A stretch of DNA of 64,000 nucleotides from Eledone cirrhosa. Taxonomy: Eukaryota. Location: positions 301,878,001-301,942,000 of the forward strand of contig OZ024741.1 of NCBI GenBank assembly GCA_964016885.1, read 5' to 3'. The number at the start of each line of letters is the position of its first letter. Positions within the stretch are counted from its first letter, which is position 1. This document shows, piece by piece, positions 17,103 through 31,244 of the stretch. Below the pieces are notes generated by a model. The model made no database searches and was not told the DNA's origin. It was given only the letters and a program-made list of their open reading frames with translations. Position numbers and translations under genes: made by a program.

Positions 17103-18250
17103 GAATATAAAATGAAAGTGCTTTTATAAAGGAATTTATTAGGTATTGACATATGTTTTCTGTAACAGACGGAATACCTATGTATCGCTGCTTGCGTAAT
17201 CATATAATATTAGCACGTAATCGATAGCAAATGTATAATCAGTTGTCACTTCTTCAGAGATATTGGATAAATTGGAAAAAATCAGAAAAATCAAAGTATT
17301 TATATTAGTTGTAAGAAAGGAAGAGGAGAGGGGAAGTATATTACAGATGGCAATTCAATTTGCTGGTAAACAAGTGTATAGAAGGTTTTTAATGAGAATA
17401 CAATGAGTATATGGCTTATTTTATCTAAATAAGTATTTTTGAGAGTGCCTATTTTAATTTATATTTGACCAGTTGAACAATGGACAGGGCTGGTGGTTTG
17501 GTGCAGTAGTATTAATACAGATATAAGGTGTCAAGTAAGGAAGAGAGATTTTAACTGCTACTGTATAACAACAATGCTGGTAGCCTGCTGGTATATGCTT
17601 TAGGGAATTGAATTGATAAATCTTAGTTTATCTATAGAATTTTATATTAAATGAAAAAGAATAGAAGTGTTGATAGAATTAAAACTAATAGAGAATGTTA
17701 ATATGTATTTTGACAATCAAACGGAGATGGAGACAGGCGTTCAATCCTGGTAGCGTTTGTAATATGAAAATGTAGATTTCAAGCGATGGTTGCAGTATAA
17801 CGATCGCTCTATTCTGTTATTTAATAAAATATTTTTGGATTTCATAATACAAAATATTTCCATATTACACAATCTACAAAATTTCTGTCCATGGAAATAT
17901 GCAGGGACAGGGGCTATTATATCCCATTTTAGGTTAAATTGTTGGTTATTTTCGCGCAGCTGTCAAATCTTGTCTGCGAGTGTTGTTACATAATGCTGGT
18001 TTTCATGTTTTATCGAGTAGCGATGTCTATAAAGGCGAGATTTGAAGGAGGTAGCTGTAGACCCCACATAGTACCACTTCTGGCTACCCGATTCGATAGT
18101 ACATTTGTATATGATGTTGCGTTCAAGACACTGATTATTCAACGGACACATTCCTGGTTGGACAGAGTTACAGTTATAATTATGCGCTGTTCTAATACCA
18201 TGATGGCTTAACGCAAAACGGTTGTATAAATGCCTTCCAACACATAACAA
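17098..18250 (-). mobile_element. 5'-truncated PLE: GIY-YIG fragment, 3' UTR and degenerate pLTR ending in (TA)n
   Basis: CPLNNQC..IIYKCTI..YYVGSTATSFKSRLYRH (17963-18289), continuing KWDII..CRLCNMEIF; homologous to 941-1807; degraded CTGAAGA..GAAA(A)CATATGTC at ~17148-17257. Confidence 0.85.
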
Positions 18251-19462
18251 TACACGTAAAACATCGGCTATAACATCACAAAACAACAAACAACATCCCG
18301 ACCTGCCTAAGCAACCTCATCAACCCATCCATGAAAATACAATATAGATCAAGTTGTAGTAAGATAATACAGGTTGTACATATAGATATAGAGGATGGAA
18401 GAGATGGAATGGTAACAGGTGGTACCTAGTTTAAAGTTCGGGTCTCCGAATTCAGTGTGAGTCACAAAAAATCATGAGGTATAGAGTAGAGAATTCAGTC
18501 AATACAATACATGTTTTAGTATAATACGTAGAATTTTGTCGGAATCCGAATATTCCCGACAAGGAAGCAGCATCGGGTGGGCGGTAGACAAAGCACAGAG
18601 CAGCCAAAATCCGAATGGTAAGTAGATCAGTTAATCCCATGCTAGCGGTAGCTGTACACTGAAGTCAGTGCCGCTGTTCAATATTACATCTGGAAGTGCT
18701 CAACATTATTGGAGCATTATTTAAAATAATTATAGTCTATTTGCACTTTTCATTGGGTTTTGCTACCTTCGACTGATGTGGTGGCTTTTCCCGGCTGCGC
18801 GCTGGGCGCTCGGAAGGTTCTGCCTTCCTTGAGTGTTTGGAAAAATAAATTTCCCCTCTTTCGGTAAACGAAATTACTCGGAGCGGATGGCTTTGCCCCG
18901 GGCCCGCCGCGCCGCCTGTTTTGGCCGCCATATTATATTTATACCTATAAACTCCAGGCTTAGGCATAACTGTTAACTGTATCATGCCTCTACTGGCACG
19001 TAAATAAACCCCTCATGTGTGAATTAATAGTATTCGTTTGGTATAGACGATGGCCTGTCGAAATTGTAGACTTCCCGCTAGCACACCCGGGTCCTCAGGT
19101 AGCTACGTTCCAAGAGTACTCGGAAAAATTAATTTCCATTTCTTTCGCTGGACGATACAACTCGAAACTGGCTGACACGTGGTTAGGAGGTGCTGGCTGG
19201 TATTCACAATCGAAGGCTTTAATCTTTACTCTATATCCCACCCTGATATCTTATCGAGATTAACTCTTTCATATAAGACTCTCTCCGTAAGTTCATTAAA
19301 TAAATCTCGCTACCTTAACCTTTAATTTTCTAATAATTTTTTTATTTTATTTTTTATTTTTCAATTTATTAGTTTTTAATTTAATTTCATCCTATAACTC
19401 GTAACATAAGTTTAACGTTCCAATTTTCTGTTCACACATTAGACCATACAGACACCCATTAT

Positions 19463-19650
19463 GCGGTGGATTGGCAGTATCGGTAGATGGTCGGACGCCA
19501 TGCTTTCCAGCATAGTTACGTCCCTTTACGATCTGAGTTCAAATCCCGCCGAGGTTGACTTTGCCTTTCATCCTTACGGGGTCGATAAAATAAGGTACCA
19601 GTAATGCACTGGGTAATTGCTGGCCTTGTGCCTAAAGTAGAAACAATTAT
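19463..19650 (+). mobile_element. SINE S1, near full-length
   Basis: Near-identical to 3058-3239 and 40010-40191. Confidence 0.92.
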
Positions 19651-19745
19651 ATATGCCTTTTTTAAAATATAGATTCTTTGGAATAACATTTTTCGCGGTG
19701 TTTTCTAGCATGACTGTAGTGTCACCCTTACGCTGACTTTTTTCT

Positions 19746-19791
<46 letters not shown>

Positions 19792-20237
19792 CCTTTTTTA
19801 TTCTTTGTCGGGGAGGTGGTAGTACATTATAAGCCTTCGCCCCCTCACCAGATGGTCATTAGCAGACAGAGTAACCATCATTCTGAGGGCGTCTGGCCGA
19901 GGTAAAAGCAGCTAGTTGGTCAGTCGTCCTCTCTGTCTCTGATTTTTCGGACCCATGGTTTTTACATATTCCTTTGTTATATTTCGAATACCTGATGATA
20001 TCACCGGATTCATATGGAACCCGGTCATTGAAATGATCATAGTATAATAAACCTTTCAAGGATTTACACCAGTCCAGCCTCCTGTTATTTTATTTATAAT
20101 TAACTCCGTATTCACACCACCAACTATACAAACGAAGACGGGTGAACTGCACTACGTTGAGTACTCTCCACAATATTACACCAAGATTGACCATACGGAA
20201 TGACCAATTCTATCCAGTGGTGAACCAACAAACCTAA

Positions 20238-20286
<49 letters not shown>

Positions 20287-20442
20287 TTTATTAAAATAAC
20301 AGATTAAAGTTTAAGCAAAGAATCGCTGCTTTCACCCTTATCGAGCCCTCTTTGGATTTTATTCTTCAAATTTTTTATTATTACTATATATATATATAGA
20401 TGTATATATACATACATTATATATATATATATATATATATAT

Positions 20443-20547
<105 letters not shown>

Positions 20548-20648
20548 AAATATCTATGATCTGCAGTTAACAGAAGAGTTTCTTGTTTCGTCCATATTAC
20601 CATCTTAAACTTTGTTTACAGTAACCGCACAACCTGCTTCGTTTCTTG

Positions 20649-20683
<35 letters not shown>

Positions 20684-20688
<5 letters not shown>

Positions 20689-20988
20689 AGGATGTGGTAA
20701 GATACCAGGTGGACCATAACTCACCAGAGTACTCGATACACGGGTAGTAGAGTGCGTAATATGAAAAGATTCAGGACCCCGACGGCTGAGCTCCGGTCGT
20801 TTCGACAGCTAGATCCGTGGAGCACTCTTCGACCCATACCACAATTACATCCCGGCACTAATAACTAAGCTCTTGTTTCTTAATAGACTTTTGCACCCAC
20901 CATGCGTAAACATACAATCGACTTTAGTTCGGATCTAGCTGTTGAAACGGCCGGAGCTCAGCCGTCGAGGTCTTGAAATTTTTCATAT
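20684..20988 (-). mobile_element. Fold-back module, family C (copy 2), ~60-bp arms around a ~110-bp spacer
   Basis: 20758-20817 versus 20930-20988; terminal segment homologous to 16990-17050. Confidence 0.75.
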
Positions 20989-21504
20989 ATATATATATAT
21001 ATATTAAAAAGTGAGGTTTTTTTTATAAAATGAAAAAAAACGAGATGTCCTACGCGAGTGAAAGTATAAAGAAAAAAGATTAAATTGAAAATGCAACTGG
21101 AGTATCAGAGAATACAATTATAGATAAAAGAAGAAATCGAAATATAAACTAGAGCAAGAAAAAGGAAAAAATGTTATATATATTCGAAAATATAATGATC
21201 CCCAAAAGACAGCCGATTGGGCGGGAATTGTTCTTGTGTTTGTCTCTTCCGAGTTTTCTGTTTGTCCGACGATTTTTAAAGATATATGTATATATCCACA
21301 TATATATATGTGTATATATATATATTTATGTATGTATGCATACGTATATATACATACACACACACATAGATATATATGTATATGTGTACGTATGCTTACT
21401 TACATTATATATCTGCTATGCTAGAGAGGAAAATAAAATTCTAATTATATATATGTGTGTGTGTACGTATGCATACATACATACATGCATATATACATAC
21501 ATAC

Positions 21505-21577
<73 letters not shown>

Positions 21578-21578
<1 letters not shown>

Positions 21579-21753
21579 GTTATTCCGGGTTGAATCGGAG
21601 GTAACCACAGTAAGGTACTCAATACATTGCAGAGTATAAAAGTTTTAATATAGATGAGATTCATTCTTTAGAAATCATCAGGAATCAGATTCCCGATGAT
21701 TTCTAAAGAATGAAACAGTTCTAGTCCTGTAGAATCTCATCTATATTAAAACT
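21578..21753. mobile_element. Fold-back PLE pLTR module, hammerhead family A (copy 3); complete motif at 21687-21737 on plus
   Basis: AGATTC-CCGATGA-tTTCtaaaGAAt-GAAA-CAG-ttctagtc-CTG-TA-GAATCT; the inverted partial copy retains CTGATGA. Confidence 0.82.
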
Positions 21754-21774
21754 ATATATATATATATATATATA

Positions 21775-22090
21775 AATACATTATCGGAGAAAACTTTTTA
21801 GCGATACTGCGGCCAAATATAATTATTAGAGCCAGTTACAAGAACGGTACCATACCAACTTGTTTATTATCATCGGTACGGGTTGAAAAAGTTGGTTATC
21901 AGGACCAATGAAACTTACATACCTGGTATGGCGCCGTTGTAGTAACCAACTTTTTCAACCCGTACCGATGATAATAAACAAGGTGGTATGGTACCGTTCT
22001 TGTAACTAGCTCTAATAATTATATTCAAATTCGCCCAACGGACTTGAGTTGCTCTAAACCTTGGGCTTTATAGCTACTTATTACTACTAT
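21775..22090 (+). repeat. Fold-back module with ~85-bp arms next to (TA)n
   Basis: 21814-21898 versus 21943-22025, nearly perfect reverse complement. Confidence 0.9.
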
Positions 22091-23107
22091 ATAAATATAT
22101 ATATAAATAAGCATTCCCATAAATAATTATTTAAGTAATGTAAATAGATTTTAGATGAGAGTACTATTTTATGAAGATAGATGATATTAAATGTAAAATA
22201 ATGTATACTCACACAAAAGCTAGCCGGGGAGTCTGTAGAAATAATTCGATTCCATATTCTATATATTTCAGCAATTATTGTGGTTGGGGTTCAAATAATT
22301 CTACTTATTTCTTTGTTTATATCGATATAATAATTTTTTTATGTTCATATTGCAAGCTCCAAGCAATTTCATAGCAAACACATTAACATAACTTTAAGTA
22401 ATATCGTTAGTTTTTCAATTTAGTCCACAGATAGAATAGATATCGAAAGTTAAATGAAGTAATTAAATTTTTGAAATGTATGTGTGTACGTATGTATGTA
22501 CGTATGTATGTATTATGTATGTATGTATGTATGTGTGTTTGTGTGTAAGTATGTATGAATGTATGAATATATGTATCTGTGTATGCATGTATCTATGTAT
22601 TTTTTGTATTTGTGTGCGTGCATGTATATATATATATATATATATAAAAAAACATGAGAAGAATGAATACTGCGTGGTTGCACATGGGTTACATATGATA
22701 ATAATAGTCCTTCATCAGTGATTTTCCAACCTTCATTGGTATTTCATCGCTTTAAAAATCATATACCTTAGTTGGTGCGAGCAATAGCTAAATAAAGCTA
22801 TTGGGACAAGTAAATCGCGTAAAGCGAGCGAGACATGTAAACAAATATAGAAGGATAGCAACGCAAAGATAGGAAAAAACAAGCACATGGGAGTCCGATC
22901 AGCTTAAGCTGTGTGGATTTCATGAGCGAGAGACAACAGACCGTGCGACGCGAGTGAGGTGTGAGCAAGAAAGGACCCCACTTCAGGCCAAACGGGAGGA
23001 AGTGAGAAGGGGAGAAGCAGAGAGTGAGTGGAAGTGCGAGGAAGAGCCCAGTCGAGAGAAAGTGTAACTGACAGAGGGGGCGAAAGAAGGTGAGAGAAAC
23101 AGAGAGA

Positions 23108-23194
<87 letters not shown>

Positions 23195-23235
23195 AGTACG
23201 TGTATATGTATGTGTTATGTACGTATGTATCTATT

Positions 23236-23265
<30 letters not shown>

Positions 23266-23271
<6 letters not shown>

Positions 23272-23468
23272 CAAGGTTTAGCAAATAAGAAAAAGTTTCA
23301 AAATAAATTTTAAAAGATTCACTGTACTCACTATTTCTTATTTGCTAAACCTTGATTATATATGCTCTGGGTGGTTAATTTATTAACCTGCCATTGAACC
23401 ACATTGGCATATGGTTGGACAATACATGTGTCCCTAGACGCTTTTTGCGTGTAGGAATATATACTTTA

Positions 23469-23472
<4 letters not shown>
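23266..23472 (+). repeat. Fold-back module with ~28-bp arms between (TA)n
   Basis: ATAATCAAGGTTTAGCAAATAAGAAA versus TTTCTTATTTGCTAAACCTTGATTAT. Confidence 0.85.
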
Positions 23473-23544
<72 letters not shown>

Positions 23545-23547
<3 letters not shown>

Positions 23548-23645
23548 ACTCTTTTACTCTTTTACCTGTTTCAGCCATCCGGCTGAGGCCATGTAATATA
23601 ATATATATAATATATATAATATATATAATATATATATATACTTTA

Positions 23646-23708
<63 letters not shown>

Positions 23709-23757
23709 TCTTTTACTCTTTTACCTGCTTCAGCCATCCGGCTGAGGCCATGTAATA
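23545..23757 (-). repeat. Tandemly duplicated ~50-bp retroposon 3' tip in (TA)n
   Basis: CATGGCCTCAGCCGGATGGCTGAA(A/G)CAGGTAAAAGAGTAAAAGAGT occurs twice (23545-23595, 23705-23755). Confidence 0.7.
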
Positions 23758-23798
23758 TAATATATATAATATATATAATATATATAATATATATATAT

Positions 23799-23829
<31 letters not shown>

Positions 23830-23859
23830 ATATATAAGCAGACATATATATGTGTGGGA

Positions 23860-24110
23860 GTATAAGAAAAAGAAATTGAAAATGCAACTGGAGTCTTTTT
23901 AAGAATATTTATTTACTTTCACAGTTCTTATGATTTTCAAAAGTAAAATTGAGATGGAGGGTTTGTGTTTCTGTTGTGGTTTGTATCGCATATAATTAGG
24001 AAAAGGAAGCTGAAAATGCAATTGGAGTCTTTAAGAAGGTTTATTTACAATAATTTAAAATTTTACCGGTTTCACAAGTTTCATGATTTTCAAAAGTTAA
24101 GATAGATGGA
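23860..24110 (-). mobile_element. Two tandem pLTR-like units (family E) with variant hammerhead core
   Basis: GAAAATGCAA(C/T)TGGAGTCTTT..ATGATTTTCAAAAGT repeated; homologs at 21060-21105 and 36925-37030. Confidence 0.65.
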
Positions 24111-24284
24111 GAAATATATGGCTATGCCGACTTGTAACACGCATTTAACTGATGGTGGGAATTTCTTTCTGTTTTATGTAAAAAAATGGGGCTCAGATTT
24201 CTATATGTTTGAAATACAATTTGATAGGTTGAGGAAGAGTAAGTGATAAAACATCGAATGTTTTAGTAATTTCGCGCCAAAATG

Positions 24285-24640
24285 ATTACACCTTCGCGTA
24301 TTCTCTCACACACACATACACACACTTAGACATACATGTACAAACCCTTTTAAAGTGAGACAACTCTTTATCCACCTAACTGTAACTCTTTGGCATTAGA
24401 AATAGAATGGGATTTCTATACTACTTCCTGTCAGCATCACTTGGCAGGCTAATTAGAACACTGGATTAACCCCCTTTACTTTCCTCAGAAGAAGAGATAT
24501 TATCTCGAAATATCAGGATATACAAATAAATTTAAGGTAAAAGACTAATTGTCAGCAATATCTTTTTCATTTGTATTTATATTCTATATCCATACCTGCA
24601 TTGTTCTGGCCGTCTAACTTCAAACATTTATACCTAACTA
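24285..24640 (+). mobile_element. PLE 3' UTR/pLTR (family D), homologous to 25915-26245
   Basis: About 320 bp of colinear similarity including GAAGAAGAGATATTATCTCGAAA. Confidence 0.7.
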
Positions 24641-24689
24641 CGCAATGCTTCAAGTAAACTACCATTTCCTTCTTTCGTATATATATATG

Positions 24690-24740
<51 letters not shown>

Positions 24741-24771
24741 ATATGTATATATATATATTTATATATATATG

Positions 24772-24860
<89 letters not shown>

Positions 24861-24890
24861 TTTAACGTCTATCTTCCACGCTAGCATGGG

Positions 24891-25004
<114 letters not shown>

Positions 25005-25047
25005 CTCATGTTAGCGTGGAAGATAGACGTTAAACGATGAGATGATG

Positions 25048-25092
<45 letters not shown>

Positions 25093-25159
25093 CGGAAGAA
25101 ATGTGGTAAGGAACCAGGTGGACCATAACGCACCAAAGTACTCAATACTTAGGGTAGTA

Positions 25160-26244
25160 GATATATATCAGGGTAACAGAGGAAGGCAACATCCACACCT
25201 GCTTCTATAAAAAAGACGCCAGCAGGGACCTGTTTGTACATTTCAGATCGGCCCTCCCAGCCGGCGCTAAGTTCGGATACATAAGGAACGAACTAACACG
25301 TATCCAGAACAAATGCACTGACGCTAGAGACCGAGACACACACACACCACACATTTCCTGGAAGTACTCAAACTGAACGGATACCCGACGTCCACCACGA
25401 ACCGTGCCAGAAAGAACAGAGGACACCACACCCGAGGCACTAATACAGCAACTTCTACGTAGGTGGCACCACCAGACCACTTCACATAAGAATAAAAGAA
25501 CACCTCAATACTAACGCTTCCTCATTTAAGAAACACCTAGTGAAATGCAAAAACACCGACAAAAACATAACAGTTAGGATAGAAACTAAGGAAAGAAACC
25601 TCGGCAATCTTAGAATTAAGGAAGCACTGATTATAGACAAAACACAACCACCAATCAATAATAGACTAGAACTCAACACCCAATTTATAACTTGATAGAG
25701 CACCTAGCTCTATACTTACACCCCCCTCTCACACACACGCACACGCACTCACACATGCACATACACACACACATACGTGCGCTTACACCTCCACTTATTC
25801 TCTCTCACACACACACATACACACACAAAGACCAGTTTTAACACGATAGAGCATCTATCCCCCACATTCACGTATAGACATATCTTCTCACACTCACACA
25901 CACACACACACATACTTACACCTTCACGTATTCTCCCACACACTTAAACATACATGTACAAAACCCCTTTTAAAGGGAGACTACTCTTTATCCACCTAAC
26001 CTTCACTCTTTGACATTAGAGATGGAACAGATATTCTATACCATTTCCTGTCAGCATGACTTGGCAAGCTATTTAGAGCGTTGATTTAACAACTTTACTT
26101 CCCTCCGAAGAAGAGATATTATCTCGAAAATTAAGGATATTTAAATAAATTTAAGGTAAAAGACTAATTTTCAACAATATCTTTTGCATTTGCATTTATA
26201 TTCTATATCCATACCTGCATTGTTTTGGCTTTACAAATACAAAC

Positions 26245-26246
<2 letters not shown>
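25160..26246 (+). mobile_element. Internally deleted PLE fragment (RT thumb + GIY-YIG C-terminus + 3' UTR), not in the ORF track
   Basis: Manual translation: IHTCFYKK..LFVHFRSALP..K..LKLNGYP, then FYVGGTTRPLHIRIKEH..LRIKEALII..PPINNRLE* ending near 25694. Confidence 0.85.
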
Positions 26247-26302
<56 letters not shown>

Positions 26303-26306
<4 letters not shown>

Positions 26307-26696
26307 AGACACTGGATATGTTAGTAACAGCATCAATACAAATCTTGAGAAGCTGGGTTTCACAGAAACAGAAAGAACACGACTAGTTAGGATATTACAA
26401 GTACAATCCATTAATGGAACAGTAAAAGTATGTAAAACATTCCCAAAATTCTGCATCTAATAACTGCTTCTACACATGTACAGATACAAAGCATATGCAC
26501 ATGCACACATATAACTCAAAACATACACATCCACACATACAATAACATCCATACCTGCACACACATGCATGCAGACATGCATACATATCTACCTAGTTGA
26601 TGTTGTGTAAATTCCAATGAGAGAGTCTTGTATCTATGTTAGAAACCGACTCTCTCTCTATTGGCAAAATTTTGTGAAAGTATAAAATCAGAAGAA
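26303..26696 (+). mobile_element. 3' fragment of R4/Dong-type LINE family C
   Basis: Near-identical to 29635-30020; ends in (CATA)n. Confidence 0.9.
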
Positions 26697-26746
26697 CATA
26701 CATACATACATACATACATACATACATACATACATACATACATACA

Positions 26747-26775
<29 letters not shown>

Positions 26776-26777
<2 letters not shown>

Positions 26778-29700
26778 CTCTCTGGCTGAACGTGTTAAAA
26801 TGACAATGGTGAATAAAAAGCCAAATAATGAAATACTACGTGTTATTGACAAAATAGGGGATGAATATTTACGACGGATAAAAACCCCAACATTTTGGCA
26901 AATCAACGTCTGTTTATATGCCTTAGCAATGACAGTGAAGCATTATCTTGGTGATAGCAGAGATATTAACAAGAACAAAACACCACCAAAAATACCATCA
27001 TATATAACTAAAATAGAAAAAAGGAGTGCTGACCTACAAAAAAACATAGGACATGTGATAATGCTCCTTACATGCAAACAAACACAAAAAAACTCACTCC
27101 TCACCAACAAAGAGTGAAAAATAAAATAGAGACGATGTTTGGTAACAGTAGAACTAGAACTCTCCAATATAAGCTGATCACCCTCAAACAAGAATTGAGA
27201 GCTGTTAGCGAAAAATGCCGATACCTGAAGACGGTAGATGAGAGAAAAATGCTTAATAAAAGATTCAGACGAAACCAAACATCAGTCTATAGAGATATGA
27301 AGGGCAAAATAATAAGTGTCACTGAGGCCCCATCCCAGAAAGACATAGATTCCTTTTGGAGAAAAATATGGGGTGAAAAGAAGAATTTCAACCAAGATGC
27401 AGTGTCGCTAAGAGAAATCCGAAAGGACTATTGCTCCTACACTACAACAAAAACATATGAAATAAGTGAGGGTACCCTTGAGACTGTGATAGGAAAACTC
27501 CAAGATAAGAAAACACCATGAAGAGACATGATTGTCGGCTACTGGTACAAAAAACTGATATTCTATCGGAGGTATCTTACTGACCTCTACCAACAAGTTC
27601 TTAAGGGAGATACACTTATACCAGAATGGTTGACATTAGCACAAACGTTACTGGTCCCCAAGAACAAAGACACCCACTTGGCAAAGAACTACCGACCCAT
27701 TGCATGCCAGAACCTGATGTATAAGATGTATACAGCCTGCCTGAACCTATTCCTCCAAGATCACTGTGAAAATAATAACATCATCACAGATGAACAAGCA
27801 GCTGGAAAGAAAAGGGTTTGGGGATGTACTGAACAACTCCTAACCAACAAAACTGCGATGTCGGAGGTGCGACAACTTAGTAGGAATACGACTACAGTCT
27901 GGCTGGACTACAAGAAAGCTTTCGATTCTGTTCCCCACTCTTGGATGATAGAGGCCCTCCAACTTGCTAAAGTCCCAGGCATTATTGTCAGAGCCATAGA
28001 GAGGCTGTCTTCTTCTTGGGCTACTATCCTAAGGTTAAAGACAGAGAGGGAGGACTCTATTTCACTGATAAAATAAAATATTGCAGGGGTATATTTTAGG
28101 GGGACAGTCTCTCTGTGATATTGTTCATCTTGTCATTAAACCCCTTGTCCTTTCTGCTCAAGAAATGTGAGGGATACATCATTGGCTCACAGGAGGACAG
28201 AAATACGAACCTAACCCATAACTTCTTTGTGGACGATCTGAAACTCTATGTCAAGAACATGGATGGGATGAAGAAAATTCTTGACCTGGTTACAACGTTC
28301 TCAAAGGATATAGGAATGGAGTTTGGCCAAGATAAATGCTCATACATGATTGTAAAGCGGGGAAAAACAACAACCCAATCTAGCAACATTGTCATCAATG
28401 GCATAACTGTTTCACCGATATCTGATGAGGACTGCTACAGATACCTGGGGATAGATGAGAACATATCCTATAATGGTATCTGTAATAAAGAACGCATAAA
28501 CAGGGAATACTACACCCGATTAAGAAAGATCTGGTCATCGGAACTCTCTGCGCAAAACAAAACAGTGGCTCACAATGTGTTTGCTGTGCCTGTCCTAACA
28601 CCAACGTTTGGAATACTCAATTGGACGATAGATGAAATCCGAGCAGTTGATGTTGGAACTCGAAAAATACTGAACAACACCGGAAACTTCCACATCAACA
28701 GTGACATAGACCGCCTTTACTTGAAACGTAAGCAGGGAGGCAGAGGCCTAACATCAGTCCAGACAACATTTGAATGTCGCATCATATCTCTCCGACAACA
28801 TCTACGAACCTCGAAGCGTAGGAGCCCGTTTCTCGAGCAAGTCTATCTGCATGAAACAGATAAGATCATGAGAGTTGGGAAGGAACTCCTTGAGAGATAT
28901 TCCCTGTGTGATAATCAAAAACTCACACCCAGGGATGTCGCTCAGCAGTATCGCAGTGAATCCATGGATGAAAAACTGCATGCCTATCAGCAAAAAATCA
29001 TGCATGGATATGTTGCCAGGAAGCTCCAGAGTGAGAGTAATATAGATAAGGAAAGTAGTCTATCTTGGACCAACAACCGCTATATTGGCTCCCACTTTGA
29101 AGGATACGCTTTTGCAATCCAAGAACAGGAGATTAGCACGAAATACCTGATTCACAAAAGAGATAGGGATGCAGGTAAAACACCTAGATGTGATAACAAG
29201 TGCAGACTCTGCAGAACTAACATCGAGGATATCACCCATGTCATCAGCAGCTGCCCAAAGATGTTATCGCGGTACTATCTACCTATGAGGCATGATGTAG
29301 TGGCCAAAACACTGTACAATGCAGTTCGTAAAAAAGATAGCCCCGATAATAAACACATTAAAAGCTACAACAATGTGGAAGACATCCATGTACATAATAT
29401 GAAAGAGTACTGGTGGAATGTTCCAGTAAAAACCCCAATAAAATGCAGGCATAACAGACCAGATATTATGATGTGGGACAGGGAGAAGAAAACATGCACA
29501 GTAGTGGAAATTAGCTGCCCAGCAGATGCCAATATAATATCAAAGATTAGTGAAAAAAGAATATTTATGCAGAACTGATGAGAAATCTGCAAATACTCCA
29601 CCCTGATTACACCTTCAGATTTATGCCTGTGATTATTGGGGCACTGGGATATGTTAGTAACTGCCTCAATACAAATCTTGAGAAGCTAGGCTTCACAGGA

Positions 29701-30020
29701 ACAGAAAGAACACAACTAGTTAGGAAATTACAAGTACAATCCATTAATGGAACAGTAAAAATATGTAAAACATTCCAAAAACGTTGCATCTAATAACTGC
29801 ATATACACATGTACAGATACAAAGCATATACACATGCACACATACAACTCAAAACATACACATCCACACATACAATAACATCCATATCTACACATGCATG
29901 CATACATACATATCTACCTAGTTGATGTTGTGTAAATTCCAATGAGAGAGTCTTGTGTCTATGTTAGAAACCGACTCTCTCTCTATTGGTAAAACTTTGT
30001 GAAATTATAAAACCAGAAGA
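26776..30020 (+). mobile_element. R4/Dong-type RLE non-LTR retrotransposon (family C), decayed, flanked by (CATA)n
   Basis: NYRPIAC, WLDYKKAFDSVPH, FFVDDLKLY, YRYLG, GGRGL, CRLC..THVISSC zinc knuckle, RHD, RPD..VVEISCP restriction-like endonuclease; (CATA)n at 26697-26776 and 30021-30141. Confidence 0.93.
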
Positions 30021-31109
30021 ACATACATACATACATACATACATACATGCATGCATACATACATACATACATACATACATACATACATACATACATACAT
30101 ACATACATACATACATACATACATACATACATACATACATACTCTATGTGTAAAATTATTTATTTCTCTGTAGTTTTGTGTTTGTTTATGTGTCTTTTAG
30201 ACATAAATAGCAATGATACACAGCTTTTTTTTCTAAATAGTTTTATTTTTCAAAGATAATTCTTTATGCAGAACAATACGGTCTGTTTCATCATTACATT
30301 TCCAAACACTGGCAACTTGCCAGCACTGGTTTATATTCTCATTGCTATCATTCTGAATTATATCCAAAATAACTGTCATAGTTATTATTCTTATTTGTTT
30401 CATAACTATCCCACATAGAATAAATTCCGGGGGCGAAGATATATATTTATTTATGACTGCGTCGTCAATCCTCTATAAAAAGGTCTACGAAGACACAGGC
30501 ACTCATTCACAGACAAACCCACATACACGCATATTAACATAGTAGGACGTGTATTTTGATATGACATTGCCATGGGCTCTTAACACCTGGTGGAGTTGTA
30601 GGTGCGCCGTCGTCAAGCGTGGCCAGTGGGACTTGAATGCAGTCCACTTACTTCCATATGTGGAGGCTTGTGTCCCACGTCGACTTTTTATCGTGTGCAA
30701 AAACCAGCGTTGAATCTGTTGGCTTAGAGCCAAAATACATTTAAAATTCATAATCCGCCCAACGGTTCGAAAAATAGGCTCATTTATTCAAGTGTTATGG
30801 TCAATTAACGAAATAAAAAGACCTACTTCGATTACAAGCTCTCGTTTTTTACCATTTATTCTCGGATATACTATGTACACGTTACTCAAAATATCTACTC
30901 CATTTTGGGATGCCAGGCAAGCGATTTATTATTGTTTAACACATTTTTACTCTTTGTTTTCAATAACATTCATCCTCTGTCTGTAACTTATACTTGTTCT
31001 ATCAGTCATTCTTCCAGATTATTCTACTACCGTTATACATTTATATATATATATATATACATACATACATACATACATACATACATACATACATACATAC
31101 ATACATACA

Positions 31110-31143
<34 letters not shown>

Positions 31144-31212
31144 CATACATACATATATGTATGTGTGTGTGTGTGTATGACGAGTGACATAAATACACAT
31201 TCACACGCACAT

Positions 31213-31244
<32 letters not shown>

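Noticed and set aside
17963-17965. In-frame TGA in a Naiad-like GIY-YIG domain as possible selenocysteine
   Set aside because: It aligns with the conserved Trp (IW in 941-1807), not a Cys; ordinary decay is more likely, and no SECIS was recognised
19463-19550. tRNA gene-like A and B boxes
   Set aside because: Heads of multi-copy SINEs with core and tail; no complete cloverleaf
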